Shown here: in pieces, positions 18,014 through 27,199 of the stretch
Layout of the letters: each line of letters opens with the position of its first letter
Position numbering within the stretch: the stretch's first letter is position 1
Virus record (IMG/VR): IMGVR_UViG_3300046817_000745
Span: 8,873-72,872 of that record
From: a virus
DNA: 64,000 bases
Reading direction: 5' to 3' (one strand)
Notes under the pieces: model-generated
The model's database searches: none
What the model was told of the DNA's origin: nothing
What the model saw: only the letters and a program-made list of their open reading frames with translations
Made by a program: the position numbers and the translations under genes

Positions 18014-18409
18014 ATGCCCCGCTACCAGGCGCTGATGAACCTCTCCCTGCCACGCAAGGGAGACGTCGAGAAGCAGACCGACCTGATCCCGCCTGGCGAC
18101 ACGTTCGAAGCGGACGAAGCCCGGGTGCAGAACCTGCTGAATCCGAGGTACGGACCGCCGCGGATCCGCAGGATCGAAGAGCAGGGCCAGGATATGCCGC
18201 TGATCCTGCCGCGGCACGTCTCCAACCCGCAGTTCGGGCCACCGGCGGGCACCCGGCCCGATCCCAAGGGGTCCAGCGCCATTCAGGTTCTGTCGAAGAT
18301 CCCGGAGCTCACCGAGCCGATGCCGGACAGCGAGCAGCAGCCGGCGGAAGAGGCGGTTGACCTGCCGCCGCGGCGTGTCCGCGCAGCAGCTCGAACCGCG
18401 GCAGGGTAA
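18014..18409 (+). CDS. Hypothetical protein after the capsid gene
   Basis: AGGAG RBS, MPRY start. Confidence 0.7.
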   Translation: MPRYQALMNLSLPRKGDVEKQTDLIPPGDTFEADEARVQNLLNPRYGPPRIRRIEEQGQDMPLILPRHVSNPQFGPPAGTRPDPKGSSAIQVLSKIPELTEPMPDSEQQPAEEAVDLPPRRVRAAARTAAG

Positions 18410-18412
18410 GCC

Positions 18413-19072
18413 ATGGCGTCATCGGGGATTCCAAGCGAGCCGGTGGCCGCCGTCGTGACGTGTCCGCGGTGTGGGAAGCCCGTGCGACGCAACATGATCA
18501 ATGTCAACGGCACGCTGTCCCGGTGCGCCGGCTGTGAGTGGCAGTTCATCCCCGGCCTGGTCACGGTCGGGGCAGCTCCCGGCGTCCCGACCAGCGGCAC
18601 AGCGACCACGAACCTGGTGACCAACACCAAGGGCTCGATCGTCATCGTCACCCTGAGCGGGTTCACGCTGACCTTCGTGTACGTCAACGGCATCCAGGTC
18701 GGCACGACCAACGCGGCCTATGCGGTACCGGCCGGCGGCACGATCTCGGTCACGTACTCTGTGGCCGGTACCTGGACATGGGTGTTGCCGGCCAGCAACG
18801 GCGCGGTGACGGCCGGCGCAGTGGCGCTCCCGATCGCCGCAGGCGGCGCAGCGTTCTCAGCCGGCGAGCAGATCTACTACAGCGATGCAGCGGCGTCGGA
18901 GATCGTGGTCGTCGGCCCGGGTTCGATCGCGACGTCGATCGTGATCGCAGCTCCTGGATTCGCGAACGCCCACGGCAGTGCGAAGACCTTCGGCGACCTG
19001 GTGCTCGCACCCGCCTACTCCGGCGTAGGGGTCGGCGAGGCTGTCCCGTCGGCACCGGGGTGGGGGTTCTGA
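18413..19072 (+). CDS. Virion protein with N-terminal Zn ribbon and a beta-rich module
   Basis: CPRC...CAGC. The beta module is paralogous to the 20549 gene. Confidence 0.7.
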   Translation: MASSGIPSEPVAAVVTCPRCGKPVRRNMINVNGTLSRCAGCEWQFIPGLVTVGAAPGVPTSGTATTNLVTNTKGSIVIVTLSGFTLTFVYVNGIQVGTTNAAYAVPAGGTISVTYSVAGTWTWVLPASNGAVTAGAVALPIAAGGAAFSAGEQIYYSDAAASEIVVVGPGSIATSIVIAAPGFANAHGSAKTFGDLVLAPAYSGVGVGEAVPSAPGWGF

Positions 19073-19389
19073 TGGCGATCAACCGCTACCGCCTGAACTC
19101 GAAGGTCACCCTCGCAGCTGGGACGTACGCACCCGACGTGGAGACGGGCGCGGCGTCAACCACTCCGCTCGGCGTCGGGTCGCCCGCCAACTTCGGCACC
19201 GGCAGCTACGGCCAGGGAGTGGGCAAGTGGGGCAGCGGAGCCGGCGCGGCCGGAGGCTCGACCACCTGGCTGGCCGGAATGGAGCTGCTGCTCGACCCGG
19301 CGGGGTCGCTCTACACCGCGATCGGCGGCAGCAACCTGACGCAGATCACCTCGGCCGACAACATCGGCCACTCCGGCTTGAGCAACTGA
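19072..19389 (+). CDS. Small Gly-rich virion-associated protein
   Basis: TGATG overlap. TAIGGSNL motif, ends GLSN. Confidence 0.7.
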   Translation: MAINRYRLNSKVTLAAGTYAPDVETGAASTTPLGVGSPANFGTGSYGQGVGKWGSGAGAAGGSTTWLAGMELLLDPAGSLYTAIGGSNLTQITSADNIGHSGLSN

Positions 19390-19400
19390 GGGGAGCGGAT

Positions 19401-19697
19401 ATGCCGACGGCAGGAAACAAGCAGCCGGACAGCCCGGACACTGCGGCTGACAAGCCGGACCCCCGTGATGCGCGGATCGTCGAGCTGGAGCAGCAGCTGG
19501 CCGCGATCCAGCGTCCGACGATCACGATCCAGGGCCTTCCAGTGCGCCTCAAGGTCGAGCCGCCCCACTCGGAGCTGCACTACGCCGGGCGGATCATCGG
19601 TACCGATTACACCGAGGTCCCCGCGAACATGGCGTCCGCGTACATGGAAGCCGCAGCCGACGCGGGCGTGACCCTCACCCAGGATCAGGAGGGCTGA
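19401..19697 (+). CDS. Hypothetical protein
   Basis: GGGGAG RBS, short coiled coil. Confidence 0.7.
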   Translation: MPTAGNKQPDSPDTAADKPDPRDARIVELEQQLAAIQRPTITIQGLPVRLKVEPPHSELHYAGRIIGTDYTEVPANMASAYMEAAADAGVTLTQDQEG

Positions 19698-19698
19698 C

Positions 19699-20307
19699 AT
19701 GCCCGGGGCGCCTCTTCTCTACACACCGCCGAACTACACCACCACCAATGTGGTGTACGGGACCGGCATCCTGTTCACCGCAGCGACCGGCACCGCGGTT
19801 CCGTCCGATCAGAACCTCGGCGTGGGAAGTGCATGGACCGGCCTGGGGTGGGCGTACGTCGGCTCAACCGAGGCCGGTGTCACGGTCACGTTCAACCCGA
19901 CCACGCAGAACATCTCGGTCGAGGAGCAGCCCACACCGGTCGGTGTGGCCGTCAACACCGCCGAGCTGCAGGTCACCACCTCCATGTCGGAGGAGACCCT
20001 GTCCAACGTCAACCTCGCGTACGGCAACTGCGGCACGGTCGCGATCACTCCGCCCGGGGCGGGACAGCCGGGTAAGTCGGTGCTGACGCTGTCGACCAAC
20101 TTCACCAGCGTGGCGGTCGCAGTGGTCGGCAAGAACCTGTACGGCTTCGCCCGGGTGGTCTTCGTCCCGGTCGTCGTCTCCGCCGGCCAGGTGCAGACCG
20201 CGTACCGCCGCGCCGCGCAGCAGCGGCTCTACCCGCTGACCCTCTCGGCGATCTGCCCGTTCAACCAGATCACCTACACCGACCTGACGGCAATCGCGAC
20301 CTCGTAA
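19699..20307 (+). CDS. Major tail (tube) protein
   Basis: G.G.LF.A..GT..P, W.YVGSTE.GV.VTF.P....I.VEE pattern of actinophage tail tubes. Confidence 0.8.
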   Translation: MPGAPLLYTPPNYTTTNVVYGTGILFTAATGTAVPSDQNLGVGSAWTGLGWAYVGSTEAGVTVTFNPTTQNISVEEQPTPVGVAVNTAELQVTTSMSEETLSNVNLAYGNCGTVAITPPGAGQPGKSVLTLSTNFTSVAVAVVGKNLYGFARVVFVPVVVSAGQVQTAYRRAAQQRLYPLTLSAICPFNQITYTDLTAIATS

Positions 20308-20319
20308 GGAGACCGGACG

Positions 20320-20547
20320 ATGGGCGCCAACGTGCGGATCGTCAAGGCGGACACGACGTTCACCTATGACGGCGTGAGCCAGTCGGTTGCGATGGGGACG
20401 ATCATCGACATCCCCGCCGGCTCCGCACTGGAGACCGCGATCGGAGCGGGCAACCTGGCCGCGCTCGGCGCCGCGGGCACACCGACCGCAACGTCCATCG
20501 CGATGGGCGGAGCCATGCTGATGGACGCCCAAGACGCAGGGAGCTGA
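20320..20547 (+). CDS. Small virion-associated protein (TAIGAGNL)
   Basis: AAGGAG RBS, shared motif. Confidence 0.7.
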   Translation: MGANVRIVKADTTFTYDGVSQSVAMGTIIDIPAGSALETAIGAGNLAALGAAGTPTATSIAMGGAMLMDAQDAGS

Positions 20548-20548
20548 T

Positions 20549-20971
20549 ATGTCCGTCCCGACCCCGACCTTCCCGGCGACCACCGTCAAGGTCGCCAACA
20601 CCACCGGACAGAACGTGCGAGTCGCGCTCACAGGCGGCACGTCGACCTTCATCTACACGTACGACCAGCTCGGTACCCAGGTGCAGGTCGGGACCACCAC
20701 ACCTCAGAACGTCCTGCTGCCGCCGGGATACTCGATCTCGGCCACGTTCTCGGTCGCACCGACCTGGGCGTGGACCGACCCGTACGACGTGTCGGACTAC
20801 CCTCCCGTCTACTCGCAGCCGAACCAGATCACCGCGCAGGTATCCCCGAACAACCTGCTGCAGCAGCTTCCCGGCAACGTCTACGCACCGACCCGCAACC
20901 TGGGGGGCGGCACCGGGTGCTGGGCGGGCGTCGCATCCGCGGCCGGGCTGTCGGTGGGAGTGAGCAACTGA
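20549..20971 (+). CDS. Beta-rich virion protein
   Basis: Paralogous module to 18413. Ends GVSN. Confidence 0.7.
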   Translation: MSVPTPTFPATTVKVANTTGQNVRVALTGGTSTFIYTYDQLGTQVQVGTTTPQNVLLPPGYSISATFSVAPTWAWTDPYDVSDYPPVYSQPNQITAQVSPNNLLQQLPGNVYAPTRNLGGGTGCWAGVASAAGLSVGVSN

Positions 20972-21022
20972 CATGGTGACGCGTACGGTCGGCAGCACCG
21001 CGCCTTTGTGCACAGGTGCGCC

Positions 21023-21571
21023 GTGACCACTATGTACGCCTCGCTGGCAGACCTGAAGCTGGTCATGGACAGCACCGACACGGGCACCGGCACCGCGGCG
21101 CAGCTGTCCGACGCACAACTCACCCTCGCGCTGCAGGCGGCGTCCAACCGGGTCAGCGTGTACGCCGGCAACGTCTATGACAGCTCTACGCCGCAGTCCG
21201 TACCACCGGACATCTTCCATGATCTGACCCTCGACCTGGCTGCGTTCTGGGCGACCGTCACGTACCTCAAGAACAAGGAAATGCCGCAGAACCACCCGGT
21301 GCTGCTGCGGTACAAGGACGCGCAAGGCGTTCTGAACGCCGTGCGCGACGGCAAGCTGCGGCTCGACGTCACGGCACCCGGCGGGGTCGGGCAGGAAACC
21401 GGCGTAGTGATCAACAGGATCCCGCGGATCTTCACCGGAGACGACTCGAACACCACGATCAACCCGATGACCGGCTCGCTGCAGGCTGACGTTCCCTCCG
21501 ACATGTGGCGGCCCGGGTACGCGGACATCGCCGAGCAGCTCGGCGAGGGAAGCGCCTGGTACCAGGGATGA
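21023..21571 (+). CDS. Head-tail adaptor (Mu gp36/DUF1320-like)
   Basis: YASLADL...A...AS..V..Y...Y....P......DLA...RY.DA...L..VRDGK..L. Confidence 0.8.
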   Translation: MTTMYASLADLKLVMDSTDTGTGTAAQLSDAQLTLALQAASNRVSVYAGNVYDSSTPQSVPPDIFHDLTLDLAAFWATVTYLKNKEMPQNHPVLLRYKDAQGVLNAVRDGKLRLDVTAPGGVGQETGVVINRIPRIFTGDDSNTTINPMTGSLQADVPSDMWRPGYADIAEQLGEGSAWYQG

Positions 21572-22098
21572 CCGCAGCGTTCGCCGACCGGATCGCACAG
21601 CTGCGGGAGATGGTCGGCAGCCGTGAAGGAGAGATCCGCGCCAGTGTCGTTGTCGACCAGGTGTACGCCCATTTCCAGCATGAGCACCTGGAGCTGCACC
21701 ATCCCCGCGGTGGAAAGGCGAAGTTCCTCGAGCAGCCGCTGTTCGCGCACCACAAGGACTACCTGGCCGACTACGCGCACACCGTGCTGCGTGACGGCGG
21801 CCGCGCGGCAATGGTGCGCTCGGCCGATCACCTGTCCGACCAGGTCGAGATCCACGCACCGCGCGAGTGGGGCGATCTGATGAAGTCCGGACACCCGCAG
21901 GTGCATCTCGGAGATCATGAGATCTACGACAAGCCGCCGAGAGTGCACCGGCTCACCAAGGCGGAGCTGCGTGTCAAGAGCCGTGCCATCCTGCGGGCAC
22001 GGCTGGCGGCGGGCCTCACGGTGTACTTCATGCGGGGCGGCAAAGTCGTGCGCATCCCGGGCAAGAACGAGCCGCACGAGCTGCGGGGGCGGCTGTGA
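21568..22098 (+). CDS. Neck/tail-completion protein (HK97 gp10-like)
   Basis: YAHFQHE.L...HP.GG.AKFLE.P and AP...G.L..SG motifs. Confidence 0.65.
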   Translation: MTAAFADRIAQLREMVGSREGEIRASVVVDQVYAHFQHEHLELHHPRGGKAKFLEQPLFAHHKDYLADYAHTVLRDGGRAAMVRSADHLSDQVEIHAPREWGDLMKSGHPQVHLGDHEIYDKPPRVHRLTKAELRVKSRAILRARLAAGLTVYFMRGGKVVRIPGKNEPHELRGRL

Positions 22099-22505
22099 CC
22101 GCGCAGACAAAGCTGGTCATAGACTGGATCTCATCTCTGGGGTGGGACACCCGCCAGGAGGCGGGCTACCCTCTGCTGCCCGGTCCGGAGATCCTGGCCG
22201 AGCCGGACAAGGCGGTGCACATCACGTGCACCGGTGGTCCCGGGTACACCACCGAGGAACCCGCCACCGACGGCTTCAGCTTTCAGGCGCGCGTCCGCGG
22301 GCCGTCCGACGACCCGCTCGCCGCCGACACGGCCGCCGGACTGCTCGACTCGATGATCCTGGGCGCGAGCTTCCCGGCCAATGTGGACGGCACGCACATC
22401 CACCACGTGCACCGGATGGGCTCCGGCCCGTCGCCGCTACCCCTCGACCCGGCGGATCGCCGCTTCGAGTATGCCTGCAGCTACATAATGATCGCGGGAG
22501 TGTGA
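22095..22505 (+). CDS. Tail terminator-like protein
   Basis: PD.AV.I...GG.G, FQ.RVRG, P..L..D..R..Y. Confidence 0.7.
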   Translation: MTAQTKLVIDWISSLGWDTRQEAGYPLLPGPEILAEPDKAVHITCTGGPGYTTEEPATDGFSFQARVRGPSDDPLAADTAAGLLDSMILGASFPANVDGTHIHHVHRMGSGPSPLPLDPADRRFEYACSYIMIAGV

Positions 22506-22508
22506 AGC

Positions 22509-23006
22509 ATGGCCACTGGACCACGGACGCTGATCCAGCCGATCCCGTTCAACCTGTACCCCAATCTGCAGGCGTCTTCGGTCTTCTCGCCGTCGGGCAA
22601 CGGCTTCGACACCGGGTCGCCGGGTGGGTCGTTCACCGCCTGGACCGTGGCGTCCACACTGGGTGTGATCATCCCGAACAACGGGTCGGTCCTGCTGTGG
22701 TACGTCAACGGAGCCACGGCCGCCGTGCCATACCAGGTGCTGGTCGGGGACGTGATCGGCAACACCGGGCAGGTGGCCCCGGCCACCACGATCGCCGGCA
22801 CGATCACCGCCAGCTCCTCCGGCTGGCTGGGCCCCTGGTCGCCCGCCACGTACAACCAGCAGGCCCCGGCGAGTGTGACCTACGCAGGAGCGACCAACAC
22901 GCAGGCACTGACGGCTGCCGCGCAGGGCTGCGTCGTGGTCGACTTCACCACCCCCACCATCACGTTCGCCGTGCGCGCGTACACGCTGACCCCCGTCTCG
23001 CCGTAA
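22509..23006 (+). CDS. Beta-rich virion protein
   Basis: Lies in the tail module. Thr/Ala/Gly-rich. Confidence 0.7.
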   Translation: MATGPRTLIQPIPFNLYPNLQASSVFSPSGNGFDTGSPGGSFTAWTVASTLGVIIPNNGSVLLWYVNGATAAVPYQVLVGDVIGNTGQVAPATTIAGTITASSSGWLGPWSPATYNQQAPASVTYAGATNTQALTAAAQGCVVVDFTTPTITFAVRAYTLTPVSP

Positions 23007-23016
23007 GGAGCCGCCC

Positions 23017-23469
23017 ATGCCGAAATTCGACGCCGGGACCGTGGTCGAGCCACTCGACTACGATTTCACCACCGTGAAGGGGTACCCGCACCACAAGGCC
23101 AAGGGACTGATCCCCGAGCCCAGCGAGAAGCAGATCGCGTCATTCATCGGAAGCCTGCGCGACTTGATGAAGGACGCGGGGGCGATGGTCGACGGTGGCG
23201 ACGCCGAGGACATCGCCAATCCGATGGCGTTCCTCAAGCAGCTCGACTCGTACGACCCGGCGAAGTTCCTCGATCTGTACGCAGGCATGAGCACCGCCTA
23301 CGCCGATCTGTGTTCAGGCAACCCCTCAGTCGAGGAGATCTCGGCACTTCCGCTGCGTGTGCGGCTGCGGTTCTTCGCCTGGCTGATGGAAGAGGTGGTC
23401 TCCCCGGAAGCCGGACCCGGCGCTGGGATAGCGGTGGTGACACCGCTGCGGTCCGCAGCCGCCGGGTAA
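23017..23469 (+). CDS. Tail assembly chaperone (gpG-like)
   Basis: Two ORFs before the tape measure gene. Slippery site near its end. Confidence 0.75.
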   Translation: MPKFDAGTVVEPLDYDFTTVKGYPHHKAKGLIPEPSEKQIASFIGSLRDLMKDAGAMVDGGDAEDIANPMAFLKQLDSYDPAKFLDLYAGMSTAYADLCSGNPSVEEISALPLRVRLRFFAWLMEEVVSPEAGPGAGIAVVTPLRSAAAG

Positions 23470-23738
23470 TCCTCTGCATTGTCCGCCGGCACCTGCACAT
23501 CGGACCGGCCGAGTGGGACGCGCTGAGCTGGGACTACCAGCGGATGTACCTAGAGCACCTGGACGAGGATGAGGAGATCCCGTTCAGCCTGGGCACTGCG
23601 GACCCCGTCGAGTCACCAGGACACGGCGCCGGGCCGTCGGTCAGAGAGAACGTGGACACCGGCGCGTCCGTGCTGGATATCAGCGCCATGCGGGCCGAGC
23701 TCGAGGAGGCGCGGCGTGTGCGGAAAGGCGGTTCCTGA
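23403..23738 (+). CDS. Tail assembly chaperone gpT-like part, expressed by -1 frameshift
   Basis: The -1 frame is open from C CCG GAA (23403-23409) to 23738 and has no good own start. AEWDALSW motif. Confidence 0.65.
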   Translation, partial: PGSRTRRWDSGGDTAAVRSRRVILCIVRRHLHIGPAEWDALSWDYQRMYLEHLDEDEEIPFSLGTADPVESPGHGAGPSVRENVDTGASVLDISAMRAELEEARRVRKGGS

Positions 23739-26700
23739 TGTTTGACGCGGGCGCCATCGAAGCCACGCTTACTGTCCACCTCGATCAGTTCAACCGTGAC
23801 CTGGACAAGGCCGAGGAGCGGATCCGCCGGATCGAGGCGGAGAAGCACATCGTCAAGATCTCCGCCGTCTTCGACACCGCCTCGATGACCCGTGCCCGCA
23901 AGATGTTCGCCGACCTGGACATGCAGATATCCCGGGATGCGGCGATGCGGCTCAAGACCAGCCCGCAGGGGTCGGTGCTCGGCTCGCTCAACGCGCTGTT
24001 CTCCCCGCACCCGGTGGCTGGATCTCCGACCGCGCAGCAGTCCGGTCAGCAGGGCCTGCTCGGCAAGATGTTCAACACACCCGGCGGAGGCGCAGGCCGG
24101 CCGGGGCCGGCTGCTGGGCCGCAACAGCAGCCTCCCGGCCGCACCACGGGCCCTGCACCGGGCCCGGGCGGCGTGGGGCCCGCTATGACCGTCCCGGGCC
24201 AGCAGAGGGACTCCAAGGGCAGATTCACGTCCGGAGGCGGCGGCGGAGGCAGTAGCAACAGCCTGCTGTTCAAGCTGCTCTCTCAGATGCTGGGCGGTGA
24301 TAAGAGGGCGCAGGACGTCGTCTCGGCGTTGACGCCGAACACCAAGGCACTTACAGGATTCATCAACAAGCTCGGGTCGGCGGCCGGCCCCGGCATTCTG
24401 GGCATCAGCGCGAAGAGAGCCAGCCAGGTGGGGGTTGGCGGATCACTGCTGGGCGCGCTGCCCGCGCTGCTGGGGCCGTTGGCCGCGCTCGGTGTCGGCG
24501 GGGCGGGCGCGGGCGTGCTCGCACTCGGGGCCAAGACACTGATCGGGACCAAGCAGGACCCCGGCCAGCTCTACAACCCGGCGCAGAAGGCCGGCGCGGC
24601 GCTGCAGGGCGGTCTGAAGACCGCGGCGCAGCCGCTGGTCAAACCACTCGAACAGGCGTTTTCACAGATTCCGTCCTTGATCAAAAGCATCACCCCGGCG
24701 TTGACTCAGCTGTTCGCCGGGGCATCGACCTTGATCCAGCCATTCCTCCAGGGAATCACCGCGCTGGCCAAAGACGTGCTGCCGGGGCTCGGTCAGGCGT
24801 TCCGGGTCGTGGCCCCGCTGATGGAGCCGTTCCTGTCCTCGATCGGCCAGCTTTTCAAGAACCTGCTACCCGGGCTCTTGTCAATGTTAAAGGCCGTACA
24901 ACCGATTCTTGGTGTGCTAGAGGGAGTCGTCGGCCGGGTCGGAACCGCACTAGGCGGCTTGTTTTCCGCAATAGCGCCGGTCATGCAACCGGCAAGTGTG
25001 CTGCTCAAGGCCGTCTTAGACCTCGTCCTATCTCTACTGCCGATCATAGGTCAGTTGGCAGCAATTTTCGCGTCAGCCTTGGCGCCCGCTTTTCAGATGT
25101 TCGCCGGCCTGCTCAACCAGCTCGTGCCGGTGCTGATCCCGATCGGCAAGATCCTCGCCCAGCTGGCCGGGGCCGTGCTCGTCGACCTGGTCGGAATTCT
25201 CCAGCCGCTGGTCCAGCTGATCGGCGCACTGGCGCCATCCTTCGGCATCCTGGCCAAGGTGCTCGGCGACGTCTTCAACGCGCTGGAGAACACCGGCATC
25301 TTCCAGGTGCTCGCCTCTGCGCTGGAAAGCGTCGTCGGACCGCTGGCCAGCTTTATCAACATGTTGGTGGCACAGCTCGCACCTTTCATCCCGCCGCTGC
25401 TGCAGATCTTCCAGTCGCTGGTCAACGCCGGTATCAACGTCTTCGTCACCGCGATCCTCACGCTACTGCCGATACTCACCCAGCTCGTTCAGGCACTGCT
25501 GCCGCCACTGCTCAAGATCATCGTTGCGCTCACTCCGACCATTGCCCAGCTGGCCCAGCTGATGGCTCGGGGGCTGGGAGACGCGATCGTGGCCATAGCC
25601 AATGTCCTGGCGCCGCTGCTGGTGCTGATCGTGAAGTTGATCGTCGGTGTGGTCAACTGGCTGAACAGCACACACCTGCTCCTGCCGGTTCTCGGCCTGC
25701 TGATGCTGGCTATCGCACCCATACCCACGGCGATCGGCCTGATTGCCCTGGCGATCGGATACCTGGCGGAGCACTGGCAACGCATTTGGGGTGACATCAA
25801 ACAGTGGGCAAAAGACGCCTGGGACTTCATCTACAACGGATTCGGGAAGTATCTGCTGCCACTGCTCGGTCCGGTCGGCCTGATCGCGCTGGGTGTGATC
25901 GAGCTGCTCAAGCACTGGAAACAGGTATGGGGCGACATCAAGCAAGTCGGTCTCGACTTCTACCAGTGGATCTGGAAAGACTTCGGTGCCAAGATCTCAA
26001 ACTTCATCACCAAGACCGTACCCAGCTGGTTCGACACCGCGGTCGGCGCGATCAAGACCGCCTGGAACAAGGTCGAGGACGTTTTCAAAGTCCCGGTGAA
26101 TTTCTTGATCAACACCGTGTACGACGGTGGGATCCGCCGGTTCTGGAACGACGTGATGGGCGCGATCGGGCTCGGGTCGCTCGACCTGCCGCTCATCAAG
26201 GGACTGGCATCAGGTGGGAAGATCCACAATGGCACCGGGCCGCGCGCCGACGATGTGCTCATTCGGGCCAGCCGTGGGGAAACCGTCGTGTCGGCCGCGC
26301 ACTCGGCCATGCTCGCGCCGCTGTTCGCAGCCGTCGGTGTTCCTGGGTACGCAGGCGGCGGGGTCGTCGGTGACGTCGGCGGGGTCGTCGCAGCCCTGCT
26401 GACGGGCAACACCGGCGCATTGACCAACTCGCTCATGGATCTGGTCGGTGTGTCCAAGGGCACGTCGGGCGATCTGGCCCAGATGGTCACCGGCATCCCA
26501 AAGAAGATCATTGGTGACGCCGTGCACTGGGTCTCCGGGTCGATCGGCGGGATCATCAGTGCACTCTTCGGCACGAAGTCGGCAGGCAGTGCCCTCGCCG
26601 GGATAGCAGGCGTTGTGCCGGGCATAGCGAACGCCCGGCTGGCTCAGCTGATGTACCCGAAGTGGGCCAGTGGGTCCGACTGGGCCGCGTGGAACTACGT

Positions 26701-27199
26701 CGCGATGCGGGAATCCGGATGGTCCAACACCGCGAACAACCCGTCATCCGGCGCGTACGGCATCGCGCAGGCCCTGCCGTACACCAAGATGCCGAAAGCG
26801 GCCTGGCCGCCGTCCGCAGGCGGCAGCGCCGACCCGGCCACACAGATCATGTGGATGATCAGTTACATGCTCGGACGGTACGGTGGGCCGGTCGGCGCGG
26901 CCGCGCACGAGCAGCAGTTCAACTGGTACGGCGGCGGATTGGACGCGGTCTTCAGCCACCCCACCGTGATCGGTGTCGGCGAGCGCGGGCCCGAGGCGGT
27001 TAGCGTCACACCACTCGCGTCGTACGGGCTGCGCGGTAAAGACCGCCTCGATCAGCTCATCGCGGCGCTCGGCAACGACCGGCCGATGATCGGCACGTAT
27101 CAGACGGCGTTCTACGGCACCGGAGACACCGCGTACGCCATGCGCGAGCTGGCTCGCACACTGCGCGTGTCCCGGCTGCAGGCGGTGGTGGGAAGATGA
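23738..27199 (+). CDS. Tape measure protein with C-terminal lytic transglycosylase-like domain
   Basis: 1153 aa of periodic Pro/Leu and Trp repeats. RESGW...A.NPSSGAYGIAQ lysozyme-like motif. Confidence 0.95.
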   Translation: MFDAGAIEATLTVHLDQFNRDLDKAEERIRRIEAEKHIVKISAVFDTASMTRARKMFADLDMQISRDAAMRLKTSPQGSVLGSLNALFSPHPVAGSPTAQQSGQQGLLGKMFNTPGGGAGRPGPAAGPQQQPPGRTTGPAPGPGGVGPAMTVPGQQRDSKGRFTSGGGGGGSSNSLLFKLLSQMLGGDKRAQDVVSALTPNTKALTGFINKLGSAAGPGILGISAKRASQVGVGGSLLGALPALLGPLAALGVGGAGAGVLALGAKTLIGTKQDPGQLYNPAQKAGAALQGGLKTAAQPLVKPLEQAFSQIPSLIKSITPALTQLFAGASTLIQPFLQGITALAKDVLPGLGQAFRVVAPLMEPFLSSIGQLFKNLLPGLLSMLKAVQPILGVLEGVVGRVGTALGGLFSAIAPVMQPASVLLKAVLDLVLSLLPIIGQLAAIFASALAPAFQMFAGLLNQLVPVLIPIGKILAQLAGAVLVDLVGILQPLVQLIGALAPSFGILAKVLGDVFNALENTGIFQVLASALESVVGPLASFINMLVAQLAPFIPPLLQIFQSLVNAGINVFVTAILTLLPILTQLVQALLPPLLKIIVALTPTIAQLAQLMARGLGDAIVAIANVLAPLLVLIVKLIVGVVNWLNSTHLLLPVLGLLMLAIAPIPTAIGLIALAIGYLAEHWQRIWGDIKQWAKDAWDFIYNGFGKYLLPLLGPVGLIALGVIELLKHWKQVWGDIKQVGLDFYQWIWKDFGAKISNFITKTVPSWFDTAVGAIKTAWNKVEDVFKVPVNFLINTVYDGGIRRFWNDVMGAIGLGSLDLPLIKGLASGGKIHNGTGPRADDVLIRASRGETVVSAAHSAMLAPLFAAVGVPGYAGGGVVGDVGGVVAALLTGNTGALTNSLMDLVGVSKGTSGDLAQMVTGIPKKIIGDAVHWVSGSIGGIISALFGTKSAGSALAGIAGVVPGIANARLAQLMYPKWASGSDWAAWNYVAMRESGWSNTANNPSSGAYGIAQALPYTKMPKAAWPPSAGGSADPATQIMWMISYMLGRYGGPVGAAAHEQQFNWYGGGLDAVFSHPTVIGVGERGPEAVSVTPLASYGLRGKDRLDQLIAALGNDRPMIGTYQTAFYGTGDTAYAMRELARTLRVSRLQAVVGR

